Shown: positions 1 through 9,857, counted from the first letter of the stretch. The stretch is DNA of 64,000 bases from an uncultured Gammaproteobacteria bacterium (GCA_964596525.1 CAZQUL010000001.1:1276312-1340311), one strand, 5' to 3'. Numbers and translations are program-made. The notes: a model not told the origin generated them from the sequence alone.

Positions 1-376
1 TGAGCTTAAGGAGAGTGTTCTGGGCTTCAACAGTAAGGCGTTCAGCCTCATCAATGATGACGACTTTGGCTCCGTCTTTTTTCCAGGCTGTACCCGAAAC
101 ACGCTCCTTCAGATCGCGGATTTGGTCGAGTGAAATATCTTGTTTTTTTACCTCGCGTTTTTCATCGTAGAGGCGCTCGACACGGATAAAATCGGGGTGA
201 GACTCAAGTGCGGGACGCTCGGTTTTAAGAAGAACGGCACTGGTAAGTTCGGCCGCGAAACGCTTACCGATGCTTGCCGGGCCAATAAACAGATACGCAC
301 CGCTTGGAGCGGTGACAACGACGGTTTGGAGCCATGCCAGTGCAGCAGCATTACCGCAAAAGTTGTTTTTAAGCAT
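1..376 (-). CDS. holB: DNA polymerase III delta' subunit (HolB), N-terminal part; gene runs off the left edge (C-terminus outside window)
   Basis: Minus-strand translation from the ATG at about 376: MLKNNFCGNAAALAWLQ...AYLFIGPASIGKRFAAELTSAVLL...HPDFIRV...LDQIRDLKERV...VVIIDEAERLTVEAQNTLLK. This is the clamp-loader delta' pattern: degenerate P-loop, HPD motif and the iideAe..NaLLK box. Absent from the ORF track because it has no stop in the window. Confidence 0.7.
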   Translation of the reverse strand, partial: MLKNNFCGNAAALAWLQTVVVTAPSGAYLFIGPASIGKRFAAELTSAVLLKTERPALESHPDFIRVERLYDEKREVKKQDISLDQIRDLKERVSGTAWKKDGAKVVIIDEAERLTVEAQNTLLKL

Positions 377-451
377 AATCTTGACAAAAAGGGGTAAACG
401 GCGTAGCATAAGCGGTCCGCTTTGTCTGCCAAACTACAGGAGGAAAACACC

Positions 452-1225
452 ATGCGGATCTATGCAGGAACCCTGCTTTTGAGCCTTGTCTTCGCTGTCG
501 GCTGCGCAGCTCCGGGTCACTACCAGCGCTACGTTGCTTCGACGCCCATCGCAGGAAACGAGGTAAAGTGTCCTCTCCCGGCACTGGGAATAAACCGAGC
601 CGTAGATGAGCTGCTGAGCAGTCTACGGCGAGCACCAGTAAACGGTGCCGCGCGAGGAGTGCTCAAGCTCAACAACTATCCGGTCTCGGTCGACATGGCC
701 GTAACCGCCGATCAAAAGAATCCGATGTATCCGTTTAAAGTGGATACGCGATGGGGCTTTCTTTTTGTGAATATCCGGCGACATTTGCACATCGGAGACG
801 CCTGGTTCGATGCCCAAACCAAAGATGGGCATGAGGCAGGTCCGAGCACGAACTGGCATGTCCAATACGTATTCGGTGGACCGATCAAGGACTGGCGCGA
901 CGCCCGCATCATTTTCTCGGGCAGCGCACCCCTCATTGAGTACGAAGCAATGGAGACGAACCGCGGCTCAAGCGGCGAAACGCAGCTTACGCTACGCTCG
1001 AGGACGAACACCCAGACGCTCATATTCGACAACGAGGGCAACCTCAAGGCGAGCACGCTGTATACCGGCACCGAACACACATACACCATCTTCCACGAAG
1101 ACTGGCGCATGGTTGACGGACCGTCTGGTACGAGGATGCTCCCCTTCGTCACCGGCATCATCTTCCCGCACGAAGGATCGTCTTGGGTGCTGCGCTACAC
1201 GATGCAAGACCGACACCTCTTCTAA
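452..1225 (+). CDS. hypothetical lipoprotein (signal peptide with lipobox LVFAVGC)
   Basis: AGGAGG 8 nt upstream of the ATG at 452; N-terminus MRIYAGTLLLSLVFAVGCAAPG; no recognisable catalytic motif. Confidence 0.55.
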   Translation: MRIYAGTLLLSLVFAVGCAAPGHYQRYVASTPIAGNEVKCPLPALGINRAVDELLSSLRRAPVNGAARGVLKLNNYPVSVDMAVTADQKNPMYPFKVDTRWGFLFVNIRRHLHIGDAWFDAQTKDGHEAGPSTNWHVQYVFGGPIKDWRDARIIFSGSAPLIEYEAMETNRGSSGETQLTLRSRTNTQTLIFDNEGNLKASTLYTGTEHTYTIFHEDWRMVDGPSGTRMLPFVTGIIFPHEGSSWVLRYTMQDRHLF

Positions 1226-1269
1226 ACCTGCCGCTCCCGATGCTCACGCGTCGCGAGCGGCTTTCTGTT

Positions 1270-2283
1270 TTAACGGGTCGCAAGGATGCTGCGTTTATAG
1301 CTATCCAGATTTTCGAGCGCGATACCCGTGCCACGAGCAACGCAGAGCAAGGGCTCTTCGGCCACGTATGTTGGCACCCCGGTCGCAACGGCGACAAGCT
1401 CGTTGAGGTTGCGCAAAAGCGATGAGCCACCAGACATGATGATACCTTTATCCATCACGTCGGCCGAAAGCTCGGGCGGCGTAGCGTGGAGCACTTCTTT
1501 AATAGCTTCGATAAGCTGACCCAGATCGTGCTGCAAGGCTTCCACTACGTCTTCGGAGGTGACGGTGATGGTCCGCGGGAGTCCGGTGATCATGTCGCGC
1601 CCCGTGATTTCCGTCATGAGCGGCGGATCGACAGAGAGTGCGGAACCGATTTTTATTTTAATATCTTCAGCGCTCTGCTCGCCGACCGCGAGATTGTATT
1701 TATGGCGTATATACTCGGCAATGGACTGGTCGAACTTGGTACCGCCAATACGGACTGATCCGGATGAAACGATCCCGCCAAGCGAAATGACAGCGATTTC
1801 CGCCGTACCGCCACCGATGTCGATGATCATGTGGCCTGAGGCAGCGCCAATGGGAATATCCGCACCGATGGCCGAAACAATCGGTTCTTTGATGATATAG
1901 GCCGCGCGCGCACCAGCTGCAATAGTAGCATCAATGACCGCACGCCGCTCGGTAGAGGTAATGCCGCCGGGTACAGCCACCATCACTTCTGGGCGGAAAA
2001 GACGGATGCCGCCCATGGCTTTATTGATGAAATACCGAAGCATAGCTTCAGTAGTGTGGTAATTAGCGATGACACCATTTTTGAGCGGGCGTTCAGCGAC
2101 GATCGTGTCGGGTGTGCGGCCAATCATGTCACGTGCATCAAGGCCGACAGCCAGCACTTTACCGTCGACTTTGGATACCGCAACCACACTCGGCTCATTG
2201 ACCACAATCCCCTTCTTGGGCACGTATACCAAAACATTTTTGGTACCTAAATCGATGGCGATTTTTTTGACAAACATGGACAT
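1270..2283 (-). CDS. mreB: rod shape-determining protein MreB (actin homolog)
   Basis: 337 aa; IDLGTKNVLVY, ...GGGTAEIAVISLGG... and the C-terminal EEPLLCVARGTG, which are canonical MreB blocks. Confidence 0.9.
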   Translation of the reverse strand: MSMFVKKIAIDLGTKNVLVYVPKKGIVVNEPSVVAVSKVDGKVLAVGLDARDMIGRTPDTIVAERPLKNGVIANYHTTEAMLRYFINKAMGGIRLFRPEVMVAVPGGITSTERRAVIDATIAAGARAAYIIKEPIVSAIGADIPIGAASGHMIIDIGGGTAEIAVISLGGIVSSGSVRIGGTKFDQSIAEYIRHKYNLAVGEQSAEDIKIKIGSALSVDPPLMTEITGRDMITGLPRTITVTSEDVVEALQHDLGQLIEAIKEVLHATPPELSADVMDKGIIMSGGSSLLRNLNELVAVATGVPTYVAEEPLLCVARGTGIALENLDSYKRSILATR

Positions 2284-2286
2284 AGA

Positions 2287-3762
2287 CTAGGGCTCGAGAT
2301 TGATTTCAACATACTGTTCTCCGGCGAGCGAGAATTTCTGGCGGTAGCGGTTGTCGCCATGTTCGTTCGGTGCTTCGCCAGGCCGGGCCGCTAGTACCCT
2401 TTTAGCAAAGGCCATATCAAGCGTCAACGCATCGACCTTCATACCCAGTTCTTTCTGCGCGAGAAGATAATACGAACCGCGTTTTATCTGACTAACAACC
2501 TCGGGTGCAAGGCGCACCACAAAACTTACCTCACCGGCGCTTCCCGGTGGAATGATGATGAGCCCACCGAACCATTGACGACCATACTCAACCCCTTGTT
2601 CAGGCGTGGTTGTAGCAACACCAACGCTGTTTTTGCGGATACCGACAGCCTTAACGAGCGTTGTGCCGAGCGGAAGGTAAAGACGCGTATACGATTGATA
2701 CTGGCTCGTTTTCCAGTCACGTCCACCCTGGTGGGCATAGCGCATGGTGATGGTAGCGGTGTACCCACTGCCCACGGGCGCAATGGCATAAGAGAGGTCG
2801 CGTTTAATGACTGCATCGGTTTTAAGCGCGCCCAAGTTGGCATCGACCCACATAAGGTAATCGCCCTGGAACGATGAGCGGAATTCGCCCGCCCACTGCT
2901 TGGCACGGACAATCGCCTGCTCCTGCGCATCAGTGAGGTAAAGAGCGATGGAGCGGTTTTCAAACATGCGCTCGGCGAGTTTGAGATACGCTGCCCAGTC
3001 GGTGATGAGAGTCGAGGTAAGCTTAGCAGACATGGCGCGTACAAGTTCGGCAAGGATCTGTTTGCGATCGCGACGGGAAAGTCCTTTGTCTTCAAACGCT
3101 TGTTCTACTTCGTATTGGAGTTTTTCAATAACGTTTTCTTTGGTGAATCGCTCACCCGACACTTCGATCGGACCGGTGATACCAAGCATTTCTTCGAGCA
3201 CCGTAGCCGTAATGCCGATAACGCCGTCGATGTTAGCGGCCGCAACACCACGTTGTTTGGTGTAGAGTTCGAGCGCTTTTTCAGAGGAGCTGGCAAAGTC
3301 CGGCGACCAATTGGCATCGCGGAAATACCAGCGGTTTACGCCTAAGTAGGTTTTAAGCGGGGCGGGCGGAACAGACGGAAAATCTTCGGGATAACCGGAA
3401 TAATCGAGGATTTCGGTGCCTTCGACTTTCAAAATATGTGGCACACCATTCTTGAGTTCAACCGTAGCGTAGGAACCGATGAAGCCGCCACCAGGCCGGA
3501 GCTCGGTATTATTGAGAAACAAAAAGAGGTATGTACGTGGCTCGTAAAATCCGAGGAGGTGTTTGACGAATTCCTGCCGATCGGCCGTAGATGTTGCCAC
3601 CGCATCCAGGATATTCGTGCGATCACCAATGGTTTTTACGAGCTGGTCGGCAACAAGGCGCTGCAAGACACCCGAGCGATACGCCCAGTAGGTGCCACCA
3701 ACCACTGTAACACCAAGCGCAAGCAACGTTATTCCGCCGTAGAGAAGGATTTTTTTAAACAT
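2287..3762 (-). CDS. N-terminally membrane-anchored DUF4012-like protein
   Basis: 491 aa with a single N-terminal TM helix (ILLYGGITLLALGVTVVGG) then a large extracytoplasmic domain; architecture typical of DUF4012 proteins common in CPR genomes. Assignment from memory of the family, not a search. Confidence 0.5.
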   Translation of the reverse strand: MFKKILLYGGITLLALGVTVVGGTYWAYRSGVLQRLVADQLVKTIGDRTNILDAVATSTADRQEFVKHLLGFYEPRTYLFLFLNNTELRPGGGFIGSYATVELKNGVPHILKVEGTEILDYSGYPEDFPSVPPAPLKTYLGVNRWYFRDANWSPDFASSSEKALELYTKQRGVAAANIDGVIGITATVLEEMLGITGPIEVSGERFTKENVIEKLQYEVEQAFEDKGLSRRDRKQILAELVRAMSAKLTSTLITDWAAYLKLAERMFENRSIALYLTDAQEQAIVRAKQWAGEFRSSFQGDYLMWVDANLGALKTDAVIKRDLSYAIAPVGSGYTATITMRYAHQGGRDWKTSQYQSYTRLYLPLGTTLVKAVGIRKNSVGVATTTPEQGVEYGRQWFGGLIIIPPGSAGEVSFVVRLAPEVVSQIKRGSYYLLAQKELGMKVDALTLDMAFAKRVLAARPGEAPNEHGDNRYRQKFSLAGEQYVEINLEP

Positions 3763-3780
3763 AGGAGGCGTTAGAAAGTA

Positions 3781-5262
3781 TTAACTGCGTTTTTTGGACA
3801 CGTTGAACCCCAAATATTTGCCGCGCATCAAATGGGTCACCGCGTCCAAACACGGTACAGCCGAGAAAAAAATGAGCGATACCGGGAGTAAAATCCATTG
3901 CAGAATCATGAAAACGTAGCGGTGCGGCGGATGCGATTCGGGCCGTTTGGGCAGCATGAGAACGCTCAAAATCGCCGAAACGAAGAGGCCGATCATAGCA
4001 ATCGTCATAAGGATCTGCAGTACGTAGGGCGTGGTAAAAAATAGGAGTGTTTGGCGGAGTTCGTAATCAGCAAAGACGAGTGGCAGGCGTCCCATGATGG
4101 TAATGAAAATAGCTACCACAGCCCAACTCCATTTGCCTTCGAGTTCATGAAAAAAGAGCACGGCTTTTTTGTGCCACGGAATGAGTGGTCGGATTTTGAA
4201 CTGCTGCCAGAGATACGGGATATGTTCTACACCCCAGGCCCAGCGCCGCTGTTGATAATACAGGTTTTTGAGGCTTTTGCCGATCGTATCATCATGCACC
4301 GTATCCATGGAAACCGGGATGTAGAGCGGTGTCACTTCGTAATCGCCGTTGTAGTGGAGCCAGCACTGGAAAAATATGCGCGAATCCTCGCTTACGATGG
4401 CTTTGGCATGACCACCCACATCGACGAGCGCTTTAAAACTCATGCTGTGCGACGAAAAGGTGACGAGCGTATCGAGCCGCGCCAGACTGAACATCATCCA
4501 AAACGTGGTACCAAAAGCCATAATACGCAAAATAGCGTGCGAATCCCACAAATTGTTATTGTAGAGCGTCACCGGCTGAAACGAACTACGCGTCGGATTG
4601 GGATGCTTAAGGTACATATACTGGAGATGCGCCAGGTATTCAGGGTGCACTACAGTATCGACATCGAACATGGAGACGATGATGCGCTCGTAGGCCCAAC
4701 CATGCTGATCGGCATAGCGCCTGAATTCTTTTTCGGCATGATGGAGGTTTGAACCTTTGCCAGGAATTTCATCGGGCAGGCTGGCCGGATGGGTGTAAAA
4801 CAGCAGATCTTTAAACACACCAGCATAAGCACGCTCGATATCACGAGAAAGCGCTTGCCAGTGAGTCATCTGTCGTTCTTCACCCGAAATAACGACCGTA
4901 AGTTCGCGAGCCGGAAACGTCGAGGCTAGTAGCGCGTTAAGCGTGGCACTCAAAACCGCAAAGCTTTCGTTATATACCGGAAGAAAAACCACGTTATGCG
5001 TTTCTTTCCAACGCGGAAATTCCTGCTTTAAACGTTCAAACCACGCAACGCCGACCGCCTGCCGGAAGCGGCGCCATGACACGAGAACATACAGAGAAAA
5101 ATATACCACCCGCAGCACCCAATAGATGTCAAAAACGATCACCACGTACATCATGGCGAGCGGCGCGAAATAGGAAAGCGCCACACTCCCGATGAGTGTC
5201 GCCCAAATGAGTGCACCAGGCATGATTTCGTAAAGTCGGTAACGTTGATAATTCGTCAGCAT
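3781..5262 (-). CDS. family 2 glycosyltransferase, integral membrane (processive/cellulose-synthase-like)
   Basis: 493 aa; multiple TM helices flank a cytoplasmic GT-A domain (VVFLPVYNES...DVDTVVHPEYL..., with a QQRRW-like motif QQRRWAWG). Confidence 0.7.
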   Translation of the reverse strand: MLTNYQRYRLYEIMPGALIWATLIGSVALSYFAPLAMMYVVIVFDIYWVLRVVYFSLYVLVSWRRFRQAVGVAWFERLKQEFPRWKETHNVVFLPVYNESFAVLSATLNALLASTFPARELTVVISGEERQMTHWQALSRDIERAYAGVFKDLLFYTHPASLPDEIPGKGSNLHHAEKEFRRYADQHGWAYERIIVSMFDVDTVVHPEYLAHLQYMYLKHPNPTRSSFQPVTLYNNNLWDSHAILRIMAFGTTFWMMFSLARLDTLVTFSSHSMSFKALVDVGGHAKAIVSEDSRIFFQCWLHYNGDYEVTPLYIPVSMDTVHDDTIGKSLKNLYYQQRRWAWGVEHIPYLWQQFKIRPLIPWHKKAVLFFHELEGKWSWAVVAIFITIMGRLPLVFADYELRQTLLFFTTPYVLQILMTIAMIGLFVSAILSVLMLPKRPESHPPHRYVFMILQWILLPVSLIFFSAVPCLDAVTHLMRGKYLGFNVSKKRS

Positions 5263-5264
5263 AA

Positions 5265-5654
5265 TTAGTTCTCTCGAGGTTTGAGGCGGATGTTAGGCAT
5301 GCCGCTATAACGCGCCACGAGCGGTTTTCCGATCGTTGCCTTTTTAAGGCGTTCGATGGTTTGTTCTCCCAGCTCTTCTTCGGTGAGGGATTCGACAGGA
5401 ATGCGGTACGCCATGCCAAGCGTATTGGCAATCGTCGTCAAAACACGCGTCGTGGTAAATGACCCCCGTTCCAAACCGACCGCAACACCTTTGATGTCTT
5501 TTAAAGAAAGACCGACTGTCTCGAGCCAAGCAACGAGTTCAGCAAGAACGGCCGCGCTTTTTTTGCCGGCAAAAAAATGCGCCTTTCTTTCGTTGCTATC
5601 AAAGGCGACAAAACGTACCCCCTCCGGTAACTCTGGAATAAAAGCAAGATACAT
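5265..5654 (-). CDS. tsaB: minimal TsaB/YeaZ-like protein (tRNA t6A biosynthesis partner), truncated relative to canonical TsaB
   Basis: 129 aa; GLSLKDIKGVAVGLERGSFTTTRVLTTIANTLGMAYRIPV matches the TsaB core (dl.aiaVg.GPGSFTGvRig...A..l..P). Confidence 0.45.
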   Translation of the reverse strand: MYLAFIPELPEGVRFVAFDSNERKAHFFAGKKSAAVLAELVAWLETVGLSLKDIKGVAVGLERGSFTTTRVLTTIANTLGMAYRIPVESLTEEELGEQTIERLKKATIGKPLVARYSGMPNIRLKPREN

Positions 5655-5656
5655 AG

Positions 5657-6253
5657 TTACGATTCAGCACCGCTTGACGGGGCAGGTTTGCGATACACGA
5701 TAATATGTTTGTGAGCGAAAACAGAGCGAACGAACACATCCCCCAGATCCTGGCGCTCAGAAAGTTCGTTTGAAGTTATAAACGTATAACGGAGCGGTCG
5801 GCCAATCGCAGCTTCGGCCTCCGCGATGATCGTCTCGACGGGCGCAGCGTAGACATTACCAACAATCATGAGATCGATCGGCGCTTCATCATCCCCCATA
5901 AAAAAACCACTCACCACCAACTCGTGCACATCACCGCCCTCGGCGACAATACGGTTGAAGTAATCCTTATATTCCACGATGCGCGCTTTGGCGATAAGGC
6001 TTGCCAAATCATCGGCCAAAAAATGATCCACGCTCAGGCAGTAAAACTTTTGTTCACCTCGTTCAGCGCCATCGTTTTGCACCACCTGAAGAATGCCTAA
6101 ACGCTCGAGATTAGCCAATTCGCGGCGCACCGCATTGAGCTGGATATCAATAAGTCGGGCCATTTCCCGCACGTAAAAAGAACGTTCTGGATAGCGAAAA
6201 AAGAGCGTTAACAGTTTAACGCGGGTTTTCGAGCCAAAAAAATGCTCCAACAT
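5657..6253 (-). CDS. winged-helix transcriptional regulator with an uncharacterised C-terminal domain
   Basis: The ORF runs to 6337 but the first 28 residues look non-native; start placed at MLEHFFGSKTRVKLLTLFFRYPERSFYVREMARLIDIQLNAVRRELANLERLGIL (ArsR/MarR-like wHTH). The start is uncertain. Confidence 0.5.
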   Translation of the reverse strand: MLEHFFGSKTRVKLLTLFFRYPERSFYVREMARLIDIQLNAVRRELANLERLGILQVVQNDGAERGEQKFYCLSVDHFLADDLASLIAKARIVEYKDYFNRIVAEGGDVHELVVSGFFMGDDEAPIDLMIVGNVYAAPVETIIAEAEAAIGRPLRYTFITSNELSERQDLGDVFVRSVFAHKHIIVYRKPAPSSGAES

Positions 6254-6348
6254 ACGTCCGTAAACCAGGCCGAGGGATTTTTTCCTTTTGCAGCACCTCG
6301 GTAGATATAGTATACTGAGCTTACGAGACTGCGTCAAAATCTAATGGT

Positions 6349-8568
6349 ATGGATGGAGAGGTTAAATTTGAAGAATTTTTCGTTGAAGGAAGCGACCACG
6401 AAGCGTCGCATGTGATCCTTCGCATCACCGAGCCTTCCGCCGACACTGAAATGGGCAAAGGCCATTTTTTTGCGTTGTGCGATGTGTCGCAAGCTACACC
6501 TGATGATACTCAGGCGCTTGAGACTCTTTTGGAAGAAGCCGCGCTGCAATATTATCAATACGAAGGCGCTCCTGAACAATCGCTCGAACATGCCCTTGAT
6601 ATCATCAATAAAAAGCAAGGTCTGTTCCTCAAACCCTATCTTAAACTCGAATGCGTGGTCGGTGCCTTAGCCCAAACCACGTTCTTGTGTGGGTATCACG
6701 GCCGCCCCACTTTGCTGGTTCTTTATGGCGGCAAGGACGGCTATAAAACGCTCGATCTCTTTGCCGGTAATGCCGCCGAGGAGCCCCAAAACGGAGCAAT
6801 TTTCAGCCAAGTTATTCAGGGTCGTCTTAATCCAGGCGATTATATTTTCATCGCCTCGCGCGCGACCATGAAAATCGTCGACGCCGAACAGCTCAAACAT
6901 ATCATCACAACGCGCAGCCCCAAAGAAAGCAGTCAGCTCTTGGAGCGCAGTTTGCGCGGACCGCGCCGCGCTCTCTCATACGGCGGCATCATCATGCACT
7001 GCACGCGCCCCCTCGCTAAACCGCCCCAACTCATCAAACCCGGCCGCACCCCGCGCGGATCGGCTGAATCATTGCGTGAACTGTTTGCCACCGAAGAAAA
7101 AACCAAGGCCACTCTTTCCTCGTCCCTCGGCAGTGAAGTGACCAAAAAACTCCACGCTACCCTTGCCCGCGATGAATACGACGAGGGTGAAACCAATTAC
7201 GTTCCACCCCGCGTTCGCGAACGGGTAAACCAAGAATACGAACGCACCGCCGCCTATGAACGACGTAAAGGCTTGCTTATCCGCATCCTCAAAGCACTCG
7301 GACGCGGCGCTCTTGTTGTATTGAGTGCGTTAGGTCGGTTCGCTCAAGCCGTTTTTGTCTCCATCCGTGACGGTTTCTTTATCGCCATCAATTATCGCGG
7401 CCAACGCAACGCCCTACTTACCTCCCGCCGCCGCGAGATCCGCGGCTACGGCGAGCACTTGTGGCGCTTGCCACTGAGCACCAAAATACTCTTTACCACG
7501 GTTCTCGTTGCAGCCGGGGTGTTTGTTGGTGGCTATCTGCACATCCAAAAGAAAGAACGTCTCGCTGCCGCGGAAGCACAGTTTACGAACGCAGTAAAAA
7601 CCATTGAAACGAGCCTTGCTTCGGCCGAGTCGGTACTTTTATACAATAACACGCCAGCCGCCCGCCAAGAGCTTACAGCAGTCGAAACCGCCTTCAATAC
7701 CCTGGACTGTTCAGAGGGTCGCGCCGAAATCTGCACCCAACTCCGTTCTAAAATCGAGCAGTTAAGCCTTAAAGTACGCAAGGTCACCGTAACTGAACCT
7801 TCCGAAATCACTACACTCGACCCCTTCTTTACCACCGAGCAGAGCGGCATGGTGAAAATTAATACTACTCTTCTTATTTTCTCACCCAACACATCGACAA
7901 TTACTGCGTTTAACCTTCTGACCAACGAACAAAAGCAGCTCGCGACTCCAGCCACTACTGGCTTTGTGGCTGCCGCAGTACCCAAAGAGAGCGATTTCGT
8001 ACTCTTTATTACTACCGACCAGCGTCTTATCCGCTATACTCCCAACGACACAACGTTCCGCGCACTGTCGTTCTCTTTCCCTTCTTCGAGCGTCATGGTG
8101 AGCGCCGTGGTGTATAACCGCCGGCTGTACACGCTCGACAAAAATAACGGCCAGCTATGGCGCTTCGAGGCCATCCGGGCCGGGTACGGAGCCGGGACGA
8201 GTTGGATCAAGAGCGCTCCGCTTCCAACCGGCGAAGCACACGATGTTGCTATTGACGGTGATATTTTCATCACTACCGAACAAGGAAAGGTGCGCAAGTT
8301 CGCCAACGGTTTAGAGCAGGCTTTCCCGCAAGAAGAGATCTCCCCTGCTCTCGCGAGTGCCGTAAAAATCTGGACGTATCAGGATATGACGTTTAATTAC
8401 CTTCTTGATACTGCCGAAAAACGGCTTGTTGTTACCGACAAAACCGGGCGCTTGGTAAAACAGATCACCACCACTGCTTTCAACGCGCCGAGCGACATGG
8501 TGATTGATGAAGTGAATAAAACAGCATACATCGTAGATGGAAGTAAGGTGTTAAAAATTGGACTATAA
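6349..8568 (+). CDS. large hypothetical membrane protein: N-terminal cytoplasmic domain (possibly PP2C-like), central TM helix, C-terminal beta-propeller-like repeat region
   Basis: 739 aa; TM segment ILFTTVLVAAGVFVGGYLHI near residue 380; repetitive C-terminus (VVYNRRLYTLD, DVAIDGDIFITTEQGKV, AYIVDGSKVLKIGL). Confidence 0.45.
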   Translation: MDGEVKFEEFFVEGSDHEASHVILRITEPSADTEMGKGHFFALCDVSQATPDDTQALETLLEEAALQYYQYEGAPEQSLEHALDIINKKQGLFLKPYLKLECVVGALAQTTFLCGYHGRPTLLVLYGGKDGYKTLDLFAGNAAEEPQNGAIFSQVIQGRLNPGDYIFIASRATMKIVDAEQLKHIITTRSPKESSQLLERSLRGPRRALSYGGIIMHCTRPLAKPPQLIKPGRTPRGSAESLRELFATEEKTKATLSSSLGSEVTKKLHATLARDEYDEGETNYVPPRVRERVNQEYERTAAYERRKGLLIRILKALGRGALVVLSALGRFAQAVFVSIRDGFFIAINYRGQRNALLTSRRREIRGYGEHLWRLPLSTKILFTTVLVAAGVFVGGYLHIQKKERLAAAEAQFTNAVKTIETSLASAESVLLYNNTPAARQELTAVETAFNTLDCSEGRAEICTQLRSKIEQLSLKVRKVTVTEPSEITTLDPFFTTEQSGMVKINTTLLIFSPNTSTITAFNLLTNEQKQLATPATTGFVAAAVPKESDFVLFITTDQRLIRYTPNDTTFRALSFSFPSSSVMVSAVVYNRRLYTLDKNNGQLWRFEAIRAGYGAGTSWIKSAPLPTGEAHDVAIDGDIFITTEQGKVRKFANGLEQAFPQEEISPALASAVKIWTYQDMTFNYLLDTAEKRLVVTDKTGRLVKQITTTAFNAPSDMVIDEVNKTAYIVDGSKVLKIGL

Positions 8569-8591
8569 AACTAAAGTTTTCCAAACAAAAA

Positions 8592-8625
8592 ACATCCCGC
8601 GTTGTGCAGGATGTTTTTTGTTTGA
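8592..8625. terminator. bidirectional rho-independent terminator between the 739-aa gene (+) and rplL (-)
   Basis: AAAAACATCC-cgcgttgtgca-GGATGTTTTTTG: 7-bp stem flanked by an A-run and a T-run. Confidence 0.6.
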
Positions 8626-8628
8626 AAT

Positions 8629-9033
8629 TTACTTGAGAGTGACTTTGCCGCCAGCTTCTTCGATTTTCTTCTTCATGGCTTCGGCGTCTTCTTTCTTAAC
8701 GGCTTCTTTGATCATTTTCGGAGCGCCGTCAACGAGGGCTTTAGCATCAGCGAGACCAAGGCCAGTGATTTCTTTGACGACCTTGATGACATTGATCTTG
8801 TTGGCACCAGCGTCAGTGAGTTCGACGTTGAACTCAGTCTTTTCAGCAGCCGGAGCGGCGCCAGCAGCCGGAGCAGCAGCCATCATCATGGCCGGAGCAG
8901 CAGCGGATACGCCGAATTTCTCTTCGAGGACCTTAACGAGTTCGGCAAGGTCGAGAACGGACATTTTTTCGATAGTTTCTACGAGGCCCTTGAATTTCTC
9001 CGGAACCTCAACGATTTTCTTTTCGTCGGACAT
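8629..9033 (-). CDS. rplL: 50S ribosomal protein L7/L12
   Basis: 134 aa; [48 protein letters not shown]...[51 protein letters not shown]. Confidence 0.95.
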   Translation of the reverse strand: MSDEKKIVEVPEKFKGLVETIEKMSVLDLAELVKVLEEKFGVSAAAPAMMMAAAPAAGAAPAAEKTEFNVELTDAGANKINVIKVVKEITGLGLADAKALVDGAPKMIKEAVKKEDAEAMKKKIEEAGGKVTLK

Positions 9034-9074
9034 ACACGTGATAATTAGTATTTTTTTAATTAAATTGAGATAGT

Positions 9075-9599
9075 TTAGCTCGCTTTAGCACTTTTAATAT
9101 TGTTCAAGACGCCAACCAAATTGCGCAAGTTGCCGGCAAGTGCGTTGACAAAGCCGGAAACCGGAGCGTTGAGCGTACCGACGAGCTGACCGAGAAGCTG
9201 CTGCTTGGACGGAAGACCGGCCAAGTTCTTCACTTCGCCCTCGCCGATGAATTTGCCTTCGAGGATACCGCCGTAAATGGCGACGATCTCGTTGTCTTTG
9301 GCGAAGGTATGCACGACTTTGGCCGCTGCGACTTCGTCTTTACCCATAAAGGTAGCAATGCCGCCGGTAAAACCTTTGGGGTTGATTCCGGTGATGCCAT
9401 ATCCTTCGATGGCGCGTTTGACCAAGGTTTTCTTGGCCACAAGTACGTTCACGCCTTCGGCCCGCGCCTTGCGGCGGAGTTCGTCGGCTTTGGCGACCGT
9501 GAGACCCTGAAAGTTGGCGAAGACGACGCCTTTAGCCTCTTTAAGGCCAGTGGCAAGCGAATCGACGGTTGCATGTTTCTGCTGTTTTGATTTGGGCAT
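9075..9599 (-). CDS. rplJ: 50S ribosomal protein L10
   Basis: Start set at the internal [46 protein letters not shown]...; the 200-aa ORF extends upstream into the leader. Confidence 0.9.
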   Translation of the reverse strand: MPKSKQQKHATVDSLATGLKEAKGVVFANFQGLTVAKADELRRKARAEGVNVLVAKKTLVKRAIEGYGITGINPKGFTGGIATFMGKDEVAAAKVVHTFAKDNEIVAIYGGILEGKFIGEGEVKNLAGLPSKQQLLGQLVGTLNAPVSGFVNALAGNLRNLVGVLNNIKSAKAS

Positions 9600-9800
9600 A
9601 GTTGGTAATCGGTTGAATGGGCAGTGCTTTATTGGAGGATGTATCCAATAAAAAAAGCGCCCATTCACCACAGACACCTTGAGACTTCGACCTTTTGGTT
9701 TGAGCTAAAACGCCAACGATGGTTAACGCTTTAACTTTAACATATGGCCTCGGCAGGGAGAAGTTTAATCCCGTGTACACGGGACCCTGCTGTCTATGGT
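9600..9800 (-). ncRNA. candidate L10-leader-type structured 5' UTR of rplJ
   Basis: About 200-nt untranslated leader on the minus strand with a perfect palindrome (CCCGTGTACACGGG) and an ATTGGA-7nt-TCCAAT hairpin; position matches the L10 autoregulatory leader. Not verified against a covariance model. Confidence 0.35.
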
Positions 9801-9807
9801 TGATGAG

Positions 9808-9836
9808 AGGTTATCATGGATCAGGCCGACTGTCAA
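9808..9836 (-). promoter_or_regulatory. putative sigma70-type promoter for the rplJL transcript
   Basis: Minus strand: TTGACA - 17 nt - TAACCT. Confidence 0.35.
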
Positions 9837-9857
9837 GAACAAAGCACCCCTAAAAAC

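Noticed and set aside
4051-4752. 233-aa plus-strand ORF
   Set aside because: Lies entirely inside and antisense to the well-supported GT2 glycosyltransferase gene.
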